Of a stretch of 64,000 nucleotides of DNA, positions 47,822 through 59,395 are shown one piece after another. The position numbers were made by a program, and so were the translations under genes. The DNA lies in contig CAVVPN010000003.1 in NCBI GenBank assembly GCA_963750165.1, forward strand, positions 2,176,001 through 2,240,000, in the 5' to 3' direction. The notes beneath the pieces are model-generated. The model searched no databases. It was not told the DNA's origin and saw only the letters and a list, made by a program, of their open reading frames with translations. How positions within the stretch are numbered: position 1 is the first letter of the stretch; the number at the start of each line of letters is the position of its first letter. The stretch is from an uncultured Gemmataceae bacterium. GTDB taxonomy: Bacteria > Planctomycetota > Planctomycetia > Gemmatales > Gemmataceae.

Positions 47822-49138
47822 ATGACGACCCGACGTATCACCCGCCGCGCCGCTCTGGGCCTGGGAGCCGCGGCGCTGGGCTTACCGTTCGTGTACCGGG
47901 CCTACGCCGCCCAGCCGAACGAGACGCTCAACCATGCCAGCTTCGGCGCCAACGGCATGGCCCTGTCCGACATCCGCTCGCTGACTGCGAGCAAGCACGT
48001 CCGCCTCGTCGCGGTTGCCGACGTGGACCTGGCGCGCACCGCCGAGGTCCGCAAACAGTTCCCGCAGGCCCGCATCTACCAGGACTGGCGCGAGCTGCTC
48101 GACAAGGAGAAGGGCCTGAATTCGGTCAACGTTTCGACGCCGGACCACATGCACGGGCCGATCACGATGCGCGCCATCCAGCAGGGGCTGCACGTCTACA
48201 CGCAGAAGCCGCTGACGCAGACGATCTACGAGGCTCGCCAGCTGACCACGGCGGCGCGCGACCGCAAAATCGTCTCGCAGATGGGCATTCAGATTCATTC
48301 ACACCCGGTCCACCGCACGGTGGTGGCGACCATCCAGGCGGGTGCCATCGGCAAGGTGCGCGAGGTCCACAGCTGGAGCGGCAAGCACTGGGGCGACCGC
48401 AATCCGCGGCCGAAGCGCAACGACGCGGTGCCGCAAATGCTCAACTGGAACTTCTGGCTCGGCGTCGCGGCGGAGCGGCCGTACCTGGCGAAGTATTACC
48501 ATCCCGGCGAGTGGCGCAAGCGGCTGGACTTCGGCACCGGCACCTTCGGCGACATGGGCTGCCACATCCTCGACCCGGTGTTCAGCGCTCTGGCGCTGAC
48601 GGCGCCGCGCTCGGTGCGTGCCGAGAGCGGCGGCCCGAACGCGGACAGCTGGGGCCTGGACTGCCAGGTGCAATACATCTTCCCCGGCACACGCTTCGCC
48701 GCGGACCCGGTGACGCTGTACTGGTATGACGGCGACCGGCGGCCACCGATGAAGGTGCAGAAACTGCTCGGCGGCCGCAGGCTGAACGACCAGGGTTCGA
48801 TCTACATCGGCAGTGAGGGCGTGCTGTATTCGCCGTACATCGCGGCGCCGGTGCTGCTGCCGGCGGAGCGTTTCAAGAACTACAAGTTCCCGAACCCGGG
48901 CGGCGAGAACCATTATTTGCAGTTCGTGGAGGCGTGTCGCGGTAACGGCCGGACCTCGACGCCGTTCAGCTACTCCGGGCCGCTGACGGAGTCGGTGCTG
49001 CTCGGCTGCCTGGCGACGCGCTTCCAGAAGCAGACGCTCAACTGGGACGCGGCGAACCTGCGGGTGACCAACGTCAAGGACGCGAACCAGTTCGTGCGCC
49101 GCCGCTACCGCAAGGGCTGGGAAGTGCAGGGGCTGTGA
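47822..49138 (+). CDS. Tat-exported Gfo/Idh/MocA oxidoreductase
   Basis: TRRAAL; STPDHMH, YTQKPLT, DFGTGTFGDMGCH, YRKGW. Confidence 0.92.
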   Translation: MTTRRITRRAALGLGAAALGLPFVYRAYAAQPNETLNHASFGANGMALSDIRSLTASKHVRLVAVADVDLARTAEVRKQFPQARIYQDWRELLDKEKGLNSVNVSTPDHMHGPITMRAIQQGLHVYTQKPLTQTIYEARQLTTAARDRKIVSQMGIQIHSHPVHRTVVATIQAGAIGKVREVHSWSGKHWGDRNPRPKRNDAVPQMLNWNFWLGVAAERPYLAKYYHPGEWRKRLDFGTGTFGDMGCHILDPVFSALALTAPRSVRAESGGPNADSWGLDCQVQYIFPGTRFAADPVTLYWYDGDRRPPMKVQKLLGGRRLNDQGSIYIGSEGVLYSPYIAAPVLLPAERFKNYKFPNPGGENHYLQFVEACRGNGRTSTPFSYSGPLTESVLLGCLATRFQKQTLNWDAANLRVTNVKDANQFVRRRYRKGWEVQGL

Positions 49139-49211
49139 GGGGTATTGTTTACCGCTCCCGCATCGCACACTCGCCGCGATGCGGGAGCAGTAGATAGCCA
49201 AGGATGATTCG

Positions 49212-49550
49212 ATGGCTGTAACAGACGACATTCGCTTACGGCTCAGCGCCCAGCGGGCGCTGCTGACGCACATCACTCGCTCGATGCGGGCGGTTTCGGT
49301 TGACGTGATTCCCGAGGAAAAGCGAGCCTGGATACGGTTCATCTTCGACGGCGAACCTCCGGCAGCCGAGGCCGAAACTGCGTCCGTTGCTTGCACGGAA
49401 ATCATGACTGATTTTGTCGATGATTGGACGTTCGACACGGAGTTCGTTGTGACCCCCTATCCGCAGAAGATGGCTCACCGTCGGATGGCAGTTTTCGCTC
49501 GTTGCGAGGATGATTGGGTGATCGGCGGCGGTGATGCGGCTCATGGGTAA
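49212..49550 (+). CDS. Hypothetical protein (112 aa, orphan immunity-like)
   Basis: LRLSAQRALLTHIT..MRAVSVD...IRFIFDG...TEIMTDF; DNA looks lower in GC. Confidence 0.6.
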   Translation: MAVTDDIRLRLSAQRALLTHITRSMRAVSVDVIPEEKRAWIRFIFDGEPPAAEAETASVACTEIMTDFVDDWTFDTEFVVTPYPQKMAHRRMAVFARCEDDWVIGGGDAAHG

Positions 49551-49888
49551 CCGAGATAGGTCTTGTACTTCTGAAGTAACTCGTCGAGCGGCGTTGCCTT
49601 CTTGAAGGCGATGACCTCTTCCGTCCCCACCGCGACCACCTCGGGGCCCGCCGGCGTCGGCCGGTAAACGACTTCCACATAGAGCCCGCCAAAAAAAAAG
49701 CCGATGGTCCAATCGTTCAACAGCTGCTGCTCATACCTTGCAAACAACGCCGGGGGGTGCTTGTCTCGTTCCTGTTCGACTCGCGCGCGCACCAGTTCCG
49801 GTGGTGGGATGAGGCCCCGCGGCAACTTCTCCAGGGGTTCGGAGTTGCCTTCTTGAGACGGCGTGGCAAGTTGGTCGATGGACGGCAT
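49541..49888 (-). CDS. Hypothetical protein
   Basis: 115-aa ORF with GGAGG RBS; YRPTPAGPEVVAVG. Confidence 0.6.
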   Translation of the reverse strand: MPSIDQLATPSQEGNSEPLEKLPRGLIPPPELVRARVEQERDKHPPALFARYEQQLLNDWTIGFFFGGLYVEVVYRPTPAGPEVVAVGTEEVIAFKKATPLDELLQKYKTYLGYP

Positions 49889-49996
49889 GACGTTGACCCT
49901 CCCTACTCACAGCATACTCGACCCGGCGCGGAAATGCTAATCGGCTTGCCGCTCAGCGCAGGAAGCGCGCCGAGCGGCAAGCCGCAGCAAGAAGCG

Positions 49997-51511
49997 TCAC
50001 TGTTTCGGAATGTAATTCAGCGTGTAATACGCCTCATTGTGCAGCAGCGGTGCGCCGTCCGCGGAGCGCACGCCCGCCGCGGTCAGGTCGTGGATGTGGC
50101 CCTCCTGCAAGCCATCGACCCACAGCCGCACCCTCTTGCCGTCCGCGCCCACCTGCACCTTTGTGATCTTCGGCGTCGTCGCGTCCACCTCCGGACTGCC
50201 GTACGCCGATTGATAAATATACGTGAACGTCTTCATCTTGTACGAGTCCACCGCGCCGGCGGCTTTCGGGTCCACCGGCTTCGTGAACGTCAGCTCGAAG
50301 CCGTCCGGTTTGGCCCGCATCTCGTGAATCTCGAACGGCACCTTGCCCGTCCAGACCAACCGCTCCACCGCGAATGGCTTGTTGCCGCGCGAGCCCCAGC
50401 CGCGGCTCGTGCCACCAACGAACAGCGATCCATCCTTGCCGAAGCGCACCGGCACGTTGCCCGAGCCGAAGCCCTGCCGGAACGGGAAGCATACCCCCTG
50501 ATAGCGGCCGTTGACCTTTTCCAGGAACACGCGCATCACCGTGCTGTGCGTCTGGTCGCCGACGAACAGCTGTTTCTCGAACGGGCCGAATTTGCCGCCG
50601 GACAGGTCGCAGTCAATGCCGCTGGCGGACTGGCCCATCTTGCCGTAAGGGAAGATCACGCACGTCGGCACGAACTGCGGAATCTTCTTCGCCTCGATCA
50701 TGATGCGGCTGCCGCTTTTGGGCACCTTCGGCGCCGGTCCAAGGTACTGTGCTTCCTTCTCCTTGTACCACTTGAAACTGTCCGGGTGGCCGACGAAGCC
50801 GCCGACCGTCAACTGCTTCAGGCCGCAGGCGCCGTTCCACGGGCCCTGGTTGTCGGTGTAGAAGACATCACCCACGGCGTTGAAGCCGACGCCGCCCGGC
50901 GAACGCACGCCGCTGGTCGTCGGCACGAATTTGCCGTCCGGCGTCACCTTGCCGGCCCAGCCGCGGAACTTGTGGTTGCTGTTGAACGAGCCGGTCAGGC
51001 AGAGCGTGATCCACAAATTGCCGTCCTTGTCGAAGCGCGAGCCGAAGGCGTATTCATGGTAGTCGCCGTTGATCTCCCAGCCGTCGGTCACGACCTCGAA
51101 CAGATCCGCCTTGCCATCGCGGTTGGTGTCCTTGATGCGCGACACGTCCGGCCGCTGCGTGACGTACAGCCAGCCATCCTTCTGCGCCAACCCCAGCACC
51201 TCGTGCAGGCCGTGAGCGAAGCGCGTGAATTTCGCCTGTTTGGGGTCTTCCGAGTAGGCGTTGTCGATCATCCAGATTTCGCCGCGGCGTGTGCCGACCG
51301 CCACCTTGCCGTCCGGCATGATCTCGATGGCGCCGGCCTCCAGCACCTCGCCGGGCGGCAAGTCGAAGCGCAGGAGCTTGTAGTATTCCTCCTCGCCGGT
51401 GTTCGCGGCGGGTTGTTTCTTCTTGCCCTTCCCCTTGCCCTGGGCCTGGGCGGAGGTCGCCAGCATCAAGAGGGCCAGGAGCAGGGCGGTGCATCGGCAT
51501 GTGAAGCTCAT
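49997..51511 (-). CDS. Secreted beta-propeller protein (sorbosone-dehydrogenase-like, PVC type)
   Basis: Signal peptide; [40 protein letters not shown]. Confidence 0.8.
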   Translation of the reverse strand: MSFTCRCTALLLALLMLATSAQAQGKGKGKKKQPAANTGEEEYYKLLRFDLPPGEVLEAGAIEIMPDGKVAVGTRRGEIWMIDNAYSEDPKQAKFTRFAHGLHEVLGLAQKDGWLYVTQRPDVSRIKDTNRDGKADLFEVVTDGWEINGDYHEYAFGSRFDKDGNLWITLCLTGSFNSNHKFRGWAGKVTPDGKFVPTTSGVRSPGGVGFNAVGDVFYTDNQGPWNGACGLKQLTVGGFVGHPDSFKWYKEKEAQYLGPAPKVPKSGSRIMIEAKKIPQFVPTCVIFPYGKMGQSASGIDCDLSGGKFGPFEKQLFVGDQTHSTVMRVFLEKVNGRYQGVCFPFRQGFGSGNVPVRFGKDGSLFVGGTSRGWGSRGNKPFAVERLVWTGKVPFEIHEMRAKPDGFELTFTKPVDPKAAGAVDSYKMKTFTYIYQSAYGSPEVDATTPKITKVQVGADGKRVRLWVDGLQEGHIHDLTAAGVRSADGAPLLHNEAYYTLNYIPKQ

Positions 51512-51642
51512 CGGTAATTCCTTGCTTTTTCGAGCCCCCGCAGGGGCGGTATCTGTTCGCCAGGCACCCGGACCCGGTGGCCTGGCGCTTGCTCATCCGG
51601 TCAACGGAGTGGCGCTCGGCGGCGCCGACGGACAACGGCGGT

Positions 51643-51698
51643 CACAGCAAGGGGGCCAAGGGGGCCAAGGGGGCCAACTTTTTCACACGTCGAGAATT
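51643..51698 (-). repeat. Solo copy of the ~55-bp TCTCGACGTGTGAAAAAG/nonamer unit
   Basis: cacagcaagggggccaagggggccaagggggccaactttttcacacgtcgagaatt. Confidence 0.82.
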
Positions 51699-51728
51699 GG
51701 CACCCTTGCTCCCGGCCCCGGTCGTCTG

Positions 51729-54470
51729 TCACCACGCAATTTCCTGCACCACCTGGGCCTTGCCATTGTCGAAGCGCAGCGGCACCAGCAGCTCCGCCCG
51801 GCCGCCGGACTGTCGCACCTGCGGCGCCCCGCCGCCCTCGATGCGCACCCGGTAACCGTCCACGCGGTACCAGCCCCGCTCCAGCGCCTCGATCTTGCTG
51901 CCGACCGCCGCGCGGAAGTACAGGTCCGCCGGCGGCTGCGTCGCGGTCAACGTCAGCGTCCGCAGCAGCGCCGTCTCCTTGCGAACCGCCGGGTTCGGGA
52001 AGTCCTCCACCGTCACGCCGCCGAAGCTGTACAGGAACGTCGGCCGGTCATCCGGCGTCAAACGGTAGCCCTTGAACCTGTAACCCTGCGCCTTCGCCGC
52101 CGTCGTCGGCCAGGCCGCGTCGCCCTTGCCGAGCGCGGCGAACGGCACGCCCGGCGGCAGCTTCAAAATGTTGTCGCCCAGCGGCCCCTCGAAGCCGACG
52201 CCGCGATCCGTCCAGTGTCGGGCCGCGTCGATGAACGCGCCCTGCCACAGCAGTGCCAGCCGCACGTCGTTGGCGTCGAAAGCCAGGTTCACCTTCTCCG
52301 GGTAGCCGACGCCGATGGCCCGCGAGCCGGCGCCCGCAATGAAGTTGCGGTAAATGATGGCGCTGGAGATCGGCGTCAGCGGCAGATACTGTTTGCCCAT
52401 GCCGATCGGCAGCTTGGCGCCCTTGCCATCCTTCAGGTACACCCAGATGGCCTCGATCTGCGTCGCCGCCTTGCCGTCGAGCAACTTCGGCAGCGTGCTC
52501 TGGCCGTCCGGCCAGCCGGTCGGCATGCGCGTGCCGGGGCGGATGCGCTGCGGGTCCAGCACGTAGGCGTGATACCAGTCGCGCTGCAGCCGCTTCGGCA
52601 TCAGCGTCATGTCGATGCCCTGAATGCCCTCGGCCTTGACGCCGTTGAACGTGTGGCACTTGATGCAGCCGAAACCCTGCACGCCGACCATGTGCCGGCC
52701 GGCCGACTTCGCCTTCGCGAGGTTGTCGAATTTCACCTCCGGGGCCGCGGGCACCTTGTCGATGGCCGCCACCGCGTCGGCGAACGGCCCGACGTTGGCC
52801 AGACCGAAGCCGGGCATGCGCGTGTGCATGTACGGCCGGTCGTGGGTGCCCCAGTCGAGAATCTGCTTCAAATACGCCGGGTTCAGCTTGGCGCCGACGC
52901 CGTCCAGCGGCGGCGGCACGCGGCCCTCGTCGCCCATTTCCGGCTGGGCCGTCGTGAAGAGCTTGTCCAGTTCGCCCATGGGACCGCCGACCTTCGCGCG
53001 GCTGTGGCAGGCGTAGCAGTTGAACGTCGTCATGGTGCGGGCGATCACCGCGGCCGGCTCCTTGCTCTGCTGCGGCGGCTTCTTGAGCGCCGCGGCCAGG
53101 GCGGTGCGCTGGCCGCCGCTCAGCGCGTACCACGGACTGCCCTTCGCCGGCGCCGCCGACAGACAGCCGCCCGCGCCCTTGAGCTGGTTCAGCGGCGCCG
53201 CCGTCAGCGTTGAGGTGAACGTCTTGCCGCCCTCGTTCAGCTGGTGACAACTGGCACAGCCGGCCGAGGCGAACAGCGCCCGACCCTTCGCGACCAGCGC
53301 CGGCTGAACGTCCAGGAAATCCGGCTCGTCCTGCTTCACCGCCTGCTTTTTGTTGAGCGCCTCCGCGGTCGCGGCGACGAGGCCGCCCAGCGGCTGCCGG
53401 CCCAGGCCCGGGCCCTCGACCTCCACGCTCAGCTCGATGCCGCCGCCGGCCTGGAAGAAGCCGACCGTCACCTGATGCACCCCCTTCGTCAGCTTGATCT
53501 TGCCCGACTTGCCCTGCGGCGGGTGGACGCCGTCGTTGTTCACCACCTGCTTGCCATCCACGTACAGCCGGCTGCCGTCGTCGCTGTTCAGCAGGAAGGT
53601 GTAGGTGCCGGCGCGGTCGGCCTTGAAAAAGCCCTCGAAGCGCACGCCGTAGTCGCCGCCGCGCCTGGCGACGCCCAGATGGAACGCGGCGCCGGTGCCG
53701 GTCGCGACCGGCTTCAGCTTGTCGAAGTCCGGCAGCCTGGTCCACGAACCCTCGTAGTAGGCGTAGGTGGTGGCGCCCTGGGTCAGGTCCACCTTGACGC
53801 CCTGAATCAGGTAGTGGGCCACGTCGTGCGCCTCCTTGGCGGTGAACAGCAGGTGCGGCATACGGCCGGATGGGCGCGTTTGCAGCGGGTCGCCCAGAAA
53901 CGCTGCCAGGCTGCTGATTGTGTATTTGCCCTTGAGGTCGCCCAGTGGCACGCAGCCGGCTGGCGTTCGTTCGGCCAGGCCCCTGGCGTCGCGCGGTCCG
54001 TGACAGGCGACGCAGCCGACCTTGCTGTACAGATCGCGGCCGGCGGTCACCGCCTTGAAGTCGGGCCGCTCCTGACGCGGCGTGCCGGTCGTGGCGAGGA
54101 AGTGGACCAGCGCCTCGATCTTGGCGGTCTTGTCGGTGTCGCCGCCGAAGACGTTGGGCATGGTGGTGCCCGGCTTGGTCGCCTGCGGATCGGCCAGGAA
54201 TTTCTTCAAATGGCTGACGCGGACGCGGGCGCCGACGTGATCCAGAATGGGCGCCTGTTTGCGGTTCACGGCGGCGTCGGTCGCCGGCGCGTGGCAGCTG
54301 GTGCAGTTCAGTTCGCCGAGCAACAGCTGGCCGCCGTGGGCGGCGTCCGCCTTGTCGCCGGCGAAGAACCGTTGAAAGCCGGGGACGACGGGTTCCTGAG
54401 CGGGACCACGGGACGGGCCGCCGGCCAGGTAGAGCACGGCGGCCGTGAGGGCGAGAGACAAGCGCTTCAT
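51729..54470 (-). CDS. Multiheme cytochrome c with PA14 domain
   Basis: Five CxxCH motifs (CTSCH, CVACH, CASCH, CYACH, CIKCH); [19 protein letters not shown]14 motif; signal peptide. Confidence 0.88.
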   Translation of the reverse strand: MKRLSLALTAAVLYLAGGPSRGPAQEPVVPGFQRFFAGDKADAAHGGQLLLGELNCTSCHAPATDAAVNRKQAPILDHVGARVRVSHLKKFLADPQATKPGTTMPNVFGGDTDKTAKIEALVHFLATTGTPRQERPDFKAVTAGRDLYSKVGCVACHGPRDARGLAERTPAGCVPLGDLKGKYTISSLAAFLGDPLQTRPSGRMPHLLFTAKEAHDVAHYLIQGVKVDLTQGATTYAYYEGSWTRLPDFDKLKPVATGTGAAFHLGVARRGGDYGVRFEGFFKADRAGTYTFLLNSDDGSRLYVDGKQVVNNDGVHPPQGKSGKIKLTKGVHQVTVGFFQAGGGIELSVEVEGPGLGRQPLGGLVAATAEALNKKQAVKQDEPDFLDVQPALVAKGRALFASAGCASCHQLNEGGKTFTSTLTAAPLNQLKGAGGCLSAAPAKGSPWYALSGGQRTALAAALKKPPQQSKEPAAVIARTMTTFNCYACHSRAKVGGPMGELDKLFTTAQPEMGDEGRVPPPLDGVGAKLNPAYLKQILDWGTHDRPYMHTRMPGFGLANVGPFADAVAAIDKVPAAPEVKFDNLAKAKSAGRHMVGVQGFGCIKCHTFNGVKAEGIQGIDMTLMPKRLQRDWYHAYVLDPQRIRPGTRMPTGWPDGQSTLPKLLDGKAATQIEAIWVYLKDGKGAKLPIGMGKQYLPLTPISSAIIYRNFIAGAGSRAIGVGYPEKVNLAFDANDVRLALLWQGAFIDAARHWTDRGVGFEGPLGDNILKLPPGVPFAALGKGDAAWPTTAAKAQGYRFKGYRLTPDDRPTFLYSFGGVTVEDFPNPAVRKETALLRTLTLTATQPPADLYFRAAVGSKIEALERGWYRVDGYRVRIEGGGAPQVRQSGGRAELLVPLRFDNGKAQVVQEIAW

Positions 54471-54805
54471 GGAGCAACCTCGGCAGGTTGGGATGGTGGC
54501 GGGCAATGGTGGTCAATGGCGGGAGCGCCGCGAGTCAGTTGGGCATATTTCCAGGCTATCCGCCCGGCGCGGCCGTGTCCACCGTCAAATGGCGGCTTTC
54601 TCGGTCGATTCCAGGAATTCGTTCCTGATTCGCTCGACCAGCGCATTGAACGCGGCGTACGGACTTCCCGCTTTCAGGCGGCCTCTTGACAAGTGCCGCA
54701 GGCCGGGGTCAGATAGAGCGATTGCCGCGAACCCATTACGGTTCGGGACTCGCATTCCCCGCGCCGCCGCGGCGGCGCGGCGTGTCTAACAAAAGGTGCC
54801 CGATC

Positions 54806-56327
54806 ATGCGTATCCAGTGTTCCTCCTGCGAGAAGTTCCTGCGCATCAACGACACCCTGGCGGGCAAGAAGATCAAGTGCCCCAGCTGCGGCACCGTCCA
54901 GATTGCCGAGGCCGCCCCGGAAGAGGAAGCCATCCAGGCAGCGCCGCCGGTCAAAAAGAAACCGGCCGCCAACGTCGCCGCCCGGCTGCCGGTCAAGAAG
55001 CGGCCCGTCACCGACGACGAGGACGAAGCCCCCGTCCCGCCGGCGCGAGCGCCGCCCCGCGGACGACGAGGACGAGGACGACCGGCCGCGACCGCGCAAG
55101 AAGAAGCAGAAGCAGGAGGCCGGGTCGAACAAGATGCTGATCTGGCTGCTGGCGGGCGGCGGCGGCCTGCTGGCGCTGGCGGCGGTGGTCGTGGTCGTCC
55201 TCATCGTCCTGAACAGTGGCGGCAAGGGCGGCTCCGGCGGTGGTGGTGGGGGCGGCGGGGGTGCAGGGGGCGGTGGTGGGGGGGGCGGCGGCGGCGGCGG
55301 CCCCGCCGTGACCATCAATCTTGGCGCGTCGCCGCGGGTCGGGCAGCGCCGAAAGACCGTCGGTTTGGTGGAAGTGACTTCCGAAGGCGGTGCCCTTGGC
55401 ATTAACGGCAAGGGACATTTCAAGGGGGAAGTGACCACCGTGGCCGTCGGCCCGGAAGGGCGGGAGGCTCAGCTCGAGGTGGCCGTGGAGGTGCTTACCC
55501 AGGAGGCCGGAGGTCAGAACATCCCCACCGTGGAGCCGGGCACACAACTCGTTGGCAAGGTGACGGAACGCGGGGTGGATTTCACCCGCAAGGCCAGAGG
55601 CGGCAACCCGAGTTCCATTTACCTGCCCTACCTGGCAAAGATAATCGGGCACTCGGCGGCCAAGGACGAGCCGGACCCGACCCGACTCTTCAAAACGGAC
55701 CAGAAGCACGCGCTGGGTAGTACGTGGCCCGTCAACCGCGCCGAGGCGGTGCGGATCATGACGAAAAATTCGGCGAACATGCCCACTGATAAAATGTCGA
55801 TCACTGGCAACGGCAAACTGGTCGCGATCACCACGGAGGGGGGCAAGGACTACTTCGACGTGGAGGGCAATGCCACGCTGAGTGTGGAGAACGTGACGGA
55901 TCCGACTACCAATTCATTCATCCGATCCGCTGTCGTGATTCTCAAGTACACGGCCCGCTACCCCGCCGACTACTCCACCGGCCCGGTCAAGCGGACGTTT
56001 TCGGTGCATGTCCGCGCAGACCTGGACTTCGCCGGCAAGCCGCTGAAAATTAACATCAAGGAAAAAGTGACCGAGGATTCCCAGTATCTGGACGGCGGTG
56101 GTGGCGGCGCCAAGAAGGGGAAGCGTCCGGCTCCGCTGGAGGGCCGGTTGTGGCAGCCCCTTCCGGATGCGCTGGGCCGGCTCCCCGCGAACGATTTGGT
56201 GTGGCTTCCCGAAGCGCCTTGCCTCGGCGAGTGGCGCGGCGGCCGCCCCCCCTTGTGGCCCGGTCACAACAGGGTCGCAGCGCCGGGTGTTTCGGCCGGC
56301 ACTGCGACCCTGTTAACGAATGCTTGA
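54806..56327 (+). CDS. Zinc-ribbon, acidic linker, TM helix, Gly linker and extracytoplasmic domain protein (frameshift at ~55030-55060)
   Basis: MRIQCSSC...KKIKCPSCG then, in the next frame, DDEDEDDRPRPRKKK..LIWLLAGGGGLLALAAVVVVVLIVL and poly-Gly. Confidence 0.7.
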
Positions 56328-56333
56328 TGCCGA

Positions 56334-57658
56334 TTACAGCGTCTGCCAGCCCTTGCGGTACTCGCGGCGGACGTAGCGGTTGGCGGCGTCGTTGCCGACG
56401 CAGCGCAGGTTCGCCGAGTCCCACGTGATCCGCTGGCCGGCACGCAGGGCAACGTTGCCCAGCAGCGCCATCTCGGTCAGCAGCGAAGCGTAGCCCGGGA
56501 AGTTGGACATCGCCTCGGGGCCGCCCTTGCAGGCACGGAACCATTCCTGGATGTGCTGGCCGTCCACCCGCGGCATCTTCGGCTGCGGCGGCCGATAGCC
56601 CTTGAAGTTGTTCAACGGCAGCAGCACGTAGCGGTCGCCGTAGTCCGACGCCGAGTACATCGTGCCCTTGCTGCCAACCATCAGGCTGCCGCTGCCCGAC
56701 GGCTTCTGACCCTGGAACAGGTTCATCGGCGGCAGACCGCGTTCGTACCACACCATCCGCACCGCCGGCAGCGTGCCGCGCGCCGGGAACTCATACGTGA
56801 TGGTGCAGCCCACCGGCGGGCTCTCGTTGTTGACCGCCTGCGCCGGCACCGCCGACACCGTTGTCGGCGCGCCCAGCCGCAGCGCCATGAACGGCAGGTT
56901 CATGGTGTGGCAGGCCATGTCGCCAATGGCCCCGGTGCCGAAGTCCCACCAGCCGCGCCAGTTGAACGGCGCGTAGGCCGGGTTGTACGGCCGCATCGGC
57001 GCCGGGCCGATCCACAGGTCCCAGCTGAGCGTGGCGGGCACGGCCGGCGTGCCCTGCGGCCGCGTCTGCCCCTGCGGCCAGATCGGCCGATTCGTCCAGA
57101 CGTGGATCTCGCGCACGTCGCCCAGCGCCCCGGACTGAACGATTTCGGCGGCGGTGCGCAGGCCGTTGGTCGAGGTGCCCTGGTTGCCCATCTGCGTCTT
57201 GACGCGGAACTTCGTCGCCGTGTCCTTCATCAGCCGCGCTTCCCAGATGTCGTGGGTCAGCGGCTTCTCGCAGTAGCAGTGCTTGCCCAGGCGCATGGCC
57301 ATGACGCTGGCGTGCGCGTGGGTGTTGTCCGGCGTGGCCACGATCACCGCATCGAGGGTCTTTTCCTTTTCGAGCAGCACGCGGAAGTCGTGGTAACGGC
57401 GCGCGTTGGGGCGCGCTTGTAGGCATTGGCGGCGCGGGCGTCGTCCACGTCGCACAGGGCGATCAGGTTCTCGGTCTTGAGCGACGGGCCGATGTGGGCC
57501 TCGCCGCGACCGCCGGCGCCGATGAGGGCGATGTTGAGACGGTCGTTCGGCCCGGGCTGCCGCTGCTGCGCGGCTTCGAGGCCGCCGGCCACCCAGAACC
57601 CGACGCCAGCCATCGCCGACGTCTTGAGGAAGTCACGCCGTGAAGAACGTTGACTCAT
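56334..57658 (-). CDS. Tat-exported Gfo/Idh/MocA oxidoreductase (frameshift at ~57408-57411)
   Basis: SRRDFLK, IGAGGRG; resumes ATPDNTHA, YCEKPLTH, WDFGTGAIGDMACH. Confidence 0.9.
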
Positions 57659-57855
57659 GCTGCAACTCCTTCGGATCGAGTCAGAGAGGGGGTAATGCCG
57701 ACTGTCACCACTCTAAACCCCCCGCGTGTCGGCGGCAACCCACTTCTGAATTTTCCGCGCCGCCGCCCGGTAAACCTTGACGGTCGCGGCCCACCCACGG
57801 CACAATGACAGTACATTTTCTTGCGGAAAGGATTCCGCTTCTTGGAGAACCAGGG

Positions 57856-58586
57856 ATGACACGTCGCATCGCAATCGTGGTGTCGGTACTGCTGACTCTG
57901 CCGGCGGCGGGGGCGTCGCGGCGCACGGCCAACTTCGCGGTCGAGGCGCCGACGCAGGAGATCGCCGACCGCGTCGCCGAGGTAGCCGAGCGGCAGCGCA
58001 AGAACCAGGCGCTGGCGTGGCTCGGCCGCGAGCTGCCGCCGTGGCAGAAACCGTGCCCGCTGCGCGTCGAGTTGAGCATGGAGGGCCCCACCGGCTCCAC
58101 GTCGTTTTTGTTCGCGGCGCAGGGCGGCGTTCTATCGCAGAAGATGGAGATCAAGGGGCCGCTCGACCGGCTGCTCGCCGCGGTGCTGCCGCACGAGATC
58201 ACGCACACGATCTTCGCCCACCACCTTGGCCGGCCGGTGCCGCGCTGGGCCGACGAGGGGGCGCCGTCACCGCCGAGGACGCCCAGGAGCATGTGCGGCA
58301 CGCGAAGATCATGCAGAAGGCGTTGAAGGCCGGCAATCACGCGCCGCTGCGGGTCCTGTTCGGCCGCGAGCAATTTCCCGCCGACCACGCGGCAGTGTGT
58401 ACGTTTTACGGGCAGAGTTACTCGGTCAGTCGCTTTTTGATTGTCGCGGGCGGGCGGCAGAAATTTCTGGACTTCGTGAAGCGCGGCTATCAGGATGGCT
58501 GGGACGAGGCCGCGCAGGCGGTCTACGGCTACCCCAGCGTCGAGGCGCTGGAACGGGCCTGGCTGGCGTCGGTGCGGCAGCAGTGA
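57856..58586 (+). CDS. Secreted HExxH (peptidase MA-like) protein (frameshift at ~58257-58261)
   Basis: RTANFAVEAPT, VLPHEITHTIFA..RPVPRWADEG; resumes GAVTAED...FYGQSYS...YGYPSVEALERAW. Confidence 0.75.
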
Positions 58587-58652
58587 GCGTGGCGCCGGCC
58601 GGGGATGGCGTTTTCTCTCTTTCCCAAAGGAGCGTCTGATAGGAGGAGCGTT

Positions 58653-58850
58653 ATGAACGGGTCTGAGCTGTGGGTCGGCATTCTGGTGGTGGGGTTGTTC
58701 ACGGGAGGACTGTTGTACTTCATCTTCCGCGACGCCCGCCGCATGGACAAACGCCCTGCCCTGGTGCGCGGCGGCAAACGCCGCAAGGTCAAACCCACGC
58801 GCGGCCCGGCCAAACCCGTCCCGAACCAGCCGGCCGACGGCGCCGTCTAA
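58653..58850 (+). CDS. Small single-TM basic protein
   Basis: AGGAGG RBS; LWVGILVVGLFTGGLLYFIF followed by a basic tail. Confidence 0.65.
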   Translation: MNGSELWVGILVVGLFTGGLLYFIFRDARRMDKRPALVRGGKRRKVKPTRGPAKPVPNQPADGAV

Positions 58851-58879
58851 TACCGAATCGCCTTGGCGGTTCTTGGCCC

Positions 58880-58944
58880 TGGTCGGAGCCCGAGCGCCAG
58901 CGCGGGGCAGAGCCTGCCCCGCGCTAGCGCTCGGGCTCCGACCA
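58880..58944. repeat. REP doublet (GGTCGGAGCCCGAGCGCCAGCGCGGGGCAG)
   Basis: Near-perfect ~30-bp inverted arms. Confidence 0.8.
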
Positions 58945-59129
58945 CCACGAAACTCCACGGCGATTCCGTATCAGCCCAGGGCCGCGGTTTCTTCTGCTAT
59001 TCCTCCTTCCCCACCAGCAGGGGGAAAGCGCCAGGCCACCCTGTTCGGCCCCCTGGCATACAGATCGTTGAAAGCTTCGGAGGCCGTTCAAGAGACTCCG
59101 GCTGTAGCTTTTGCAGATTGCTGCGCCAC

Positions 59130-59265
59130 TTGCAAGCGGCCGATGATCGAGTCGGTGTGCCAAACCAAGGGATTCAAGGCTCCGATCATCTGTACGCCCG
59201 AAGAACTCTTGGGGTCAAAATCATGAACGATCCGATTGTTGACGAAGTGCGTCGGATTCGAGCGA
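59130..59265 (+). pseudogene. Toxin-antitoxin remnant: PIN-like toxin C-terminus plus partner N-terminus
   Basis: ...RPMIESVCQTKGFKAPIICTPEELLG* overlapping MNDPIVDEVRRIR; both truncated. Confidence 0.5.
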
Positions 59266-59395
59266 CCGGGGCCGCCATTCCGGTTTCTCAGGTTTCAAAG
59301 TCGCTGGAGGCGGCCCCCGCGGCCGAGCTTTAGCGTTCGCGCACTTGCGGGGCAAGCGCGAACCGATGAATCAAAGAGGATTGTTGGTGTTGAAT

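Noticed and set aside
54687..54720. Sigma-70 promoter at TTGACA
   Set aside because: No convincing -10 hexamer at 16-18 bp spacing.
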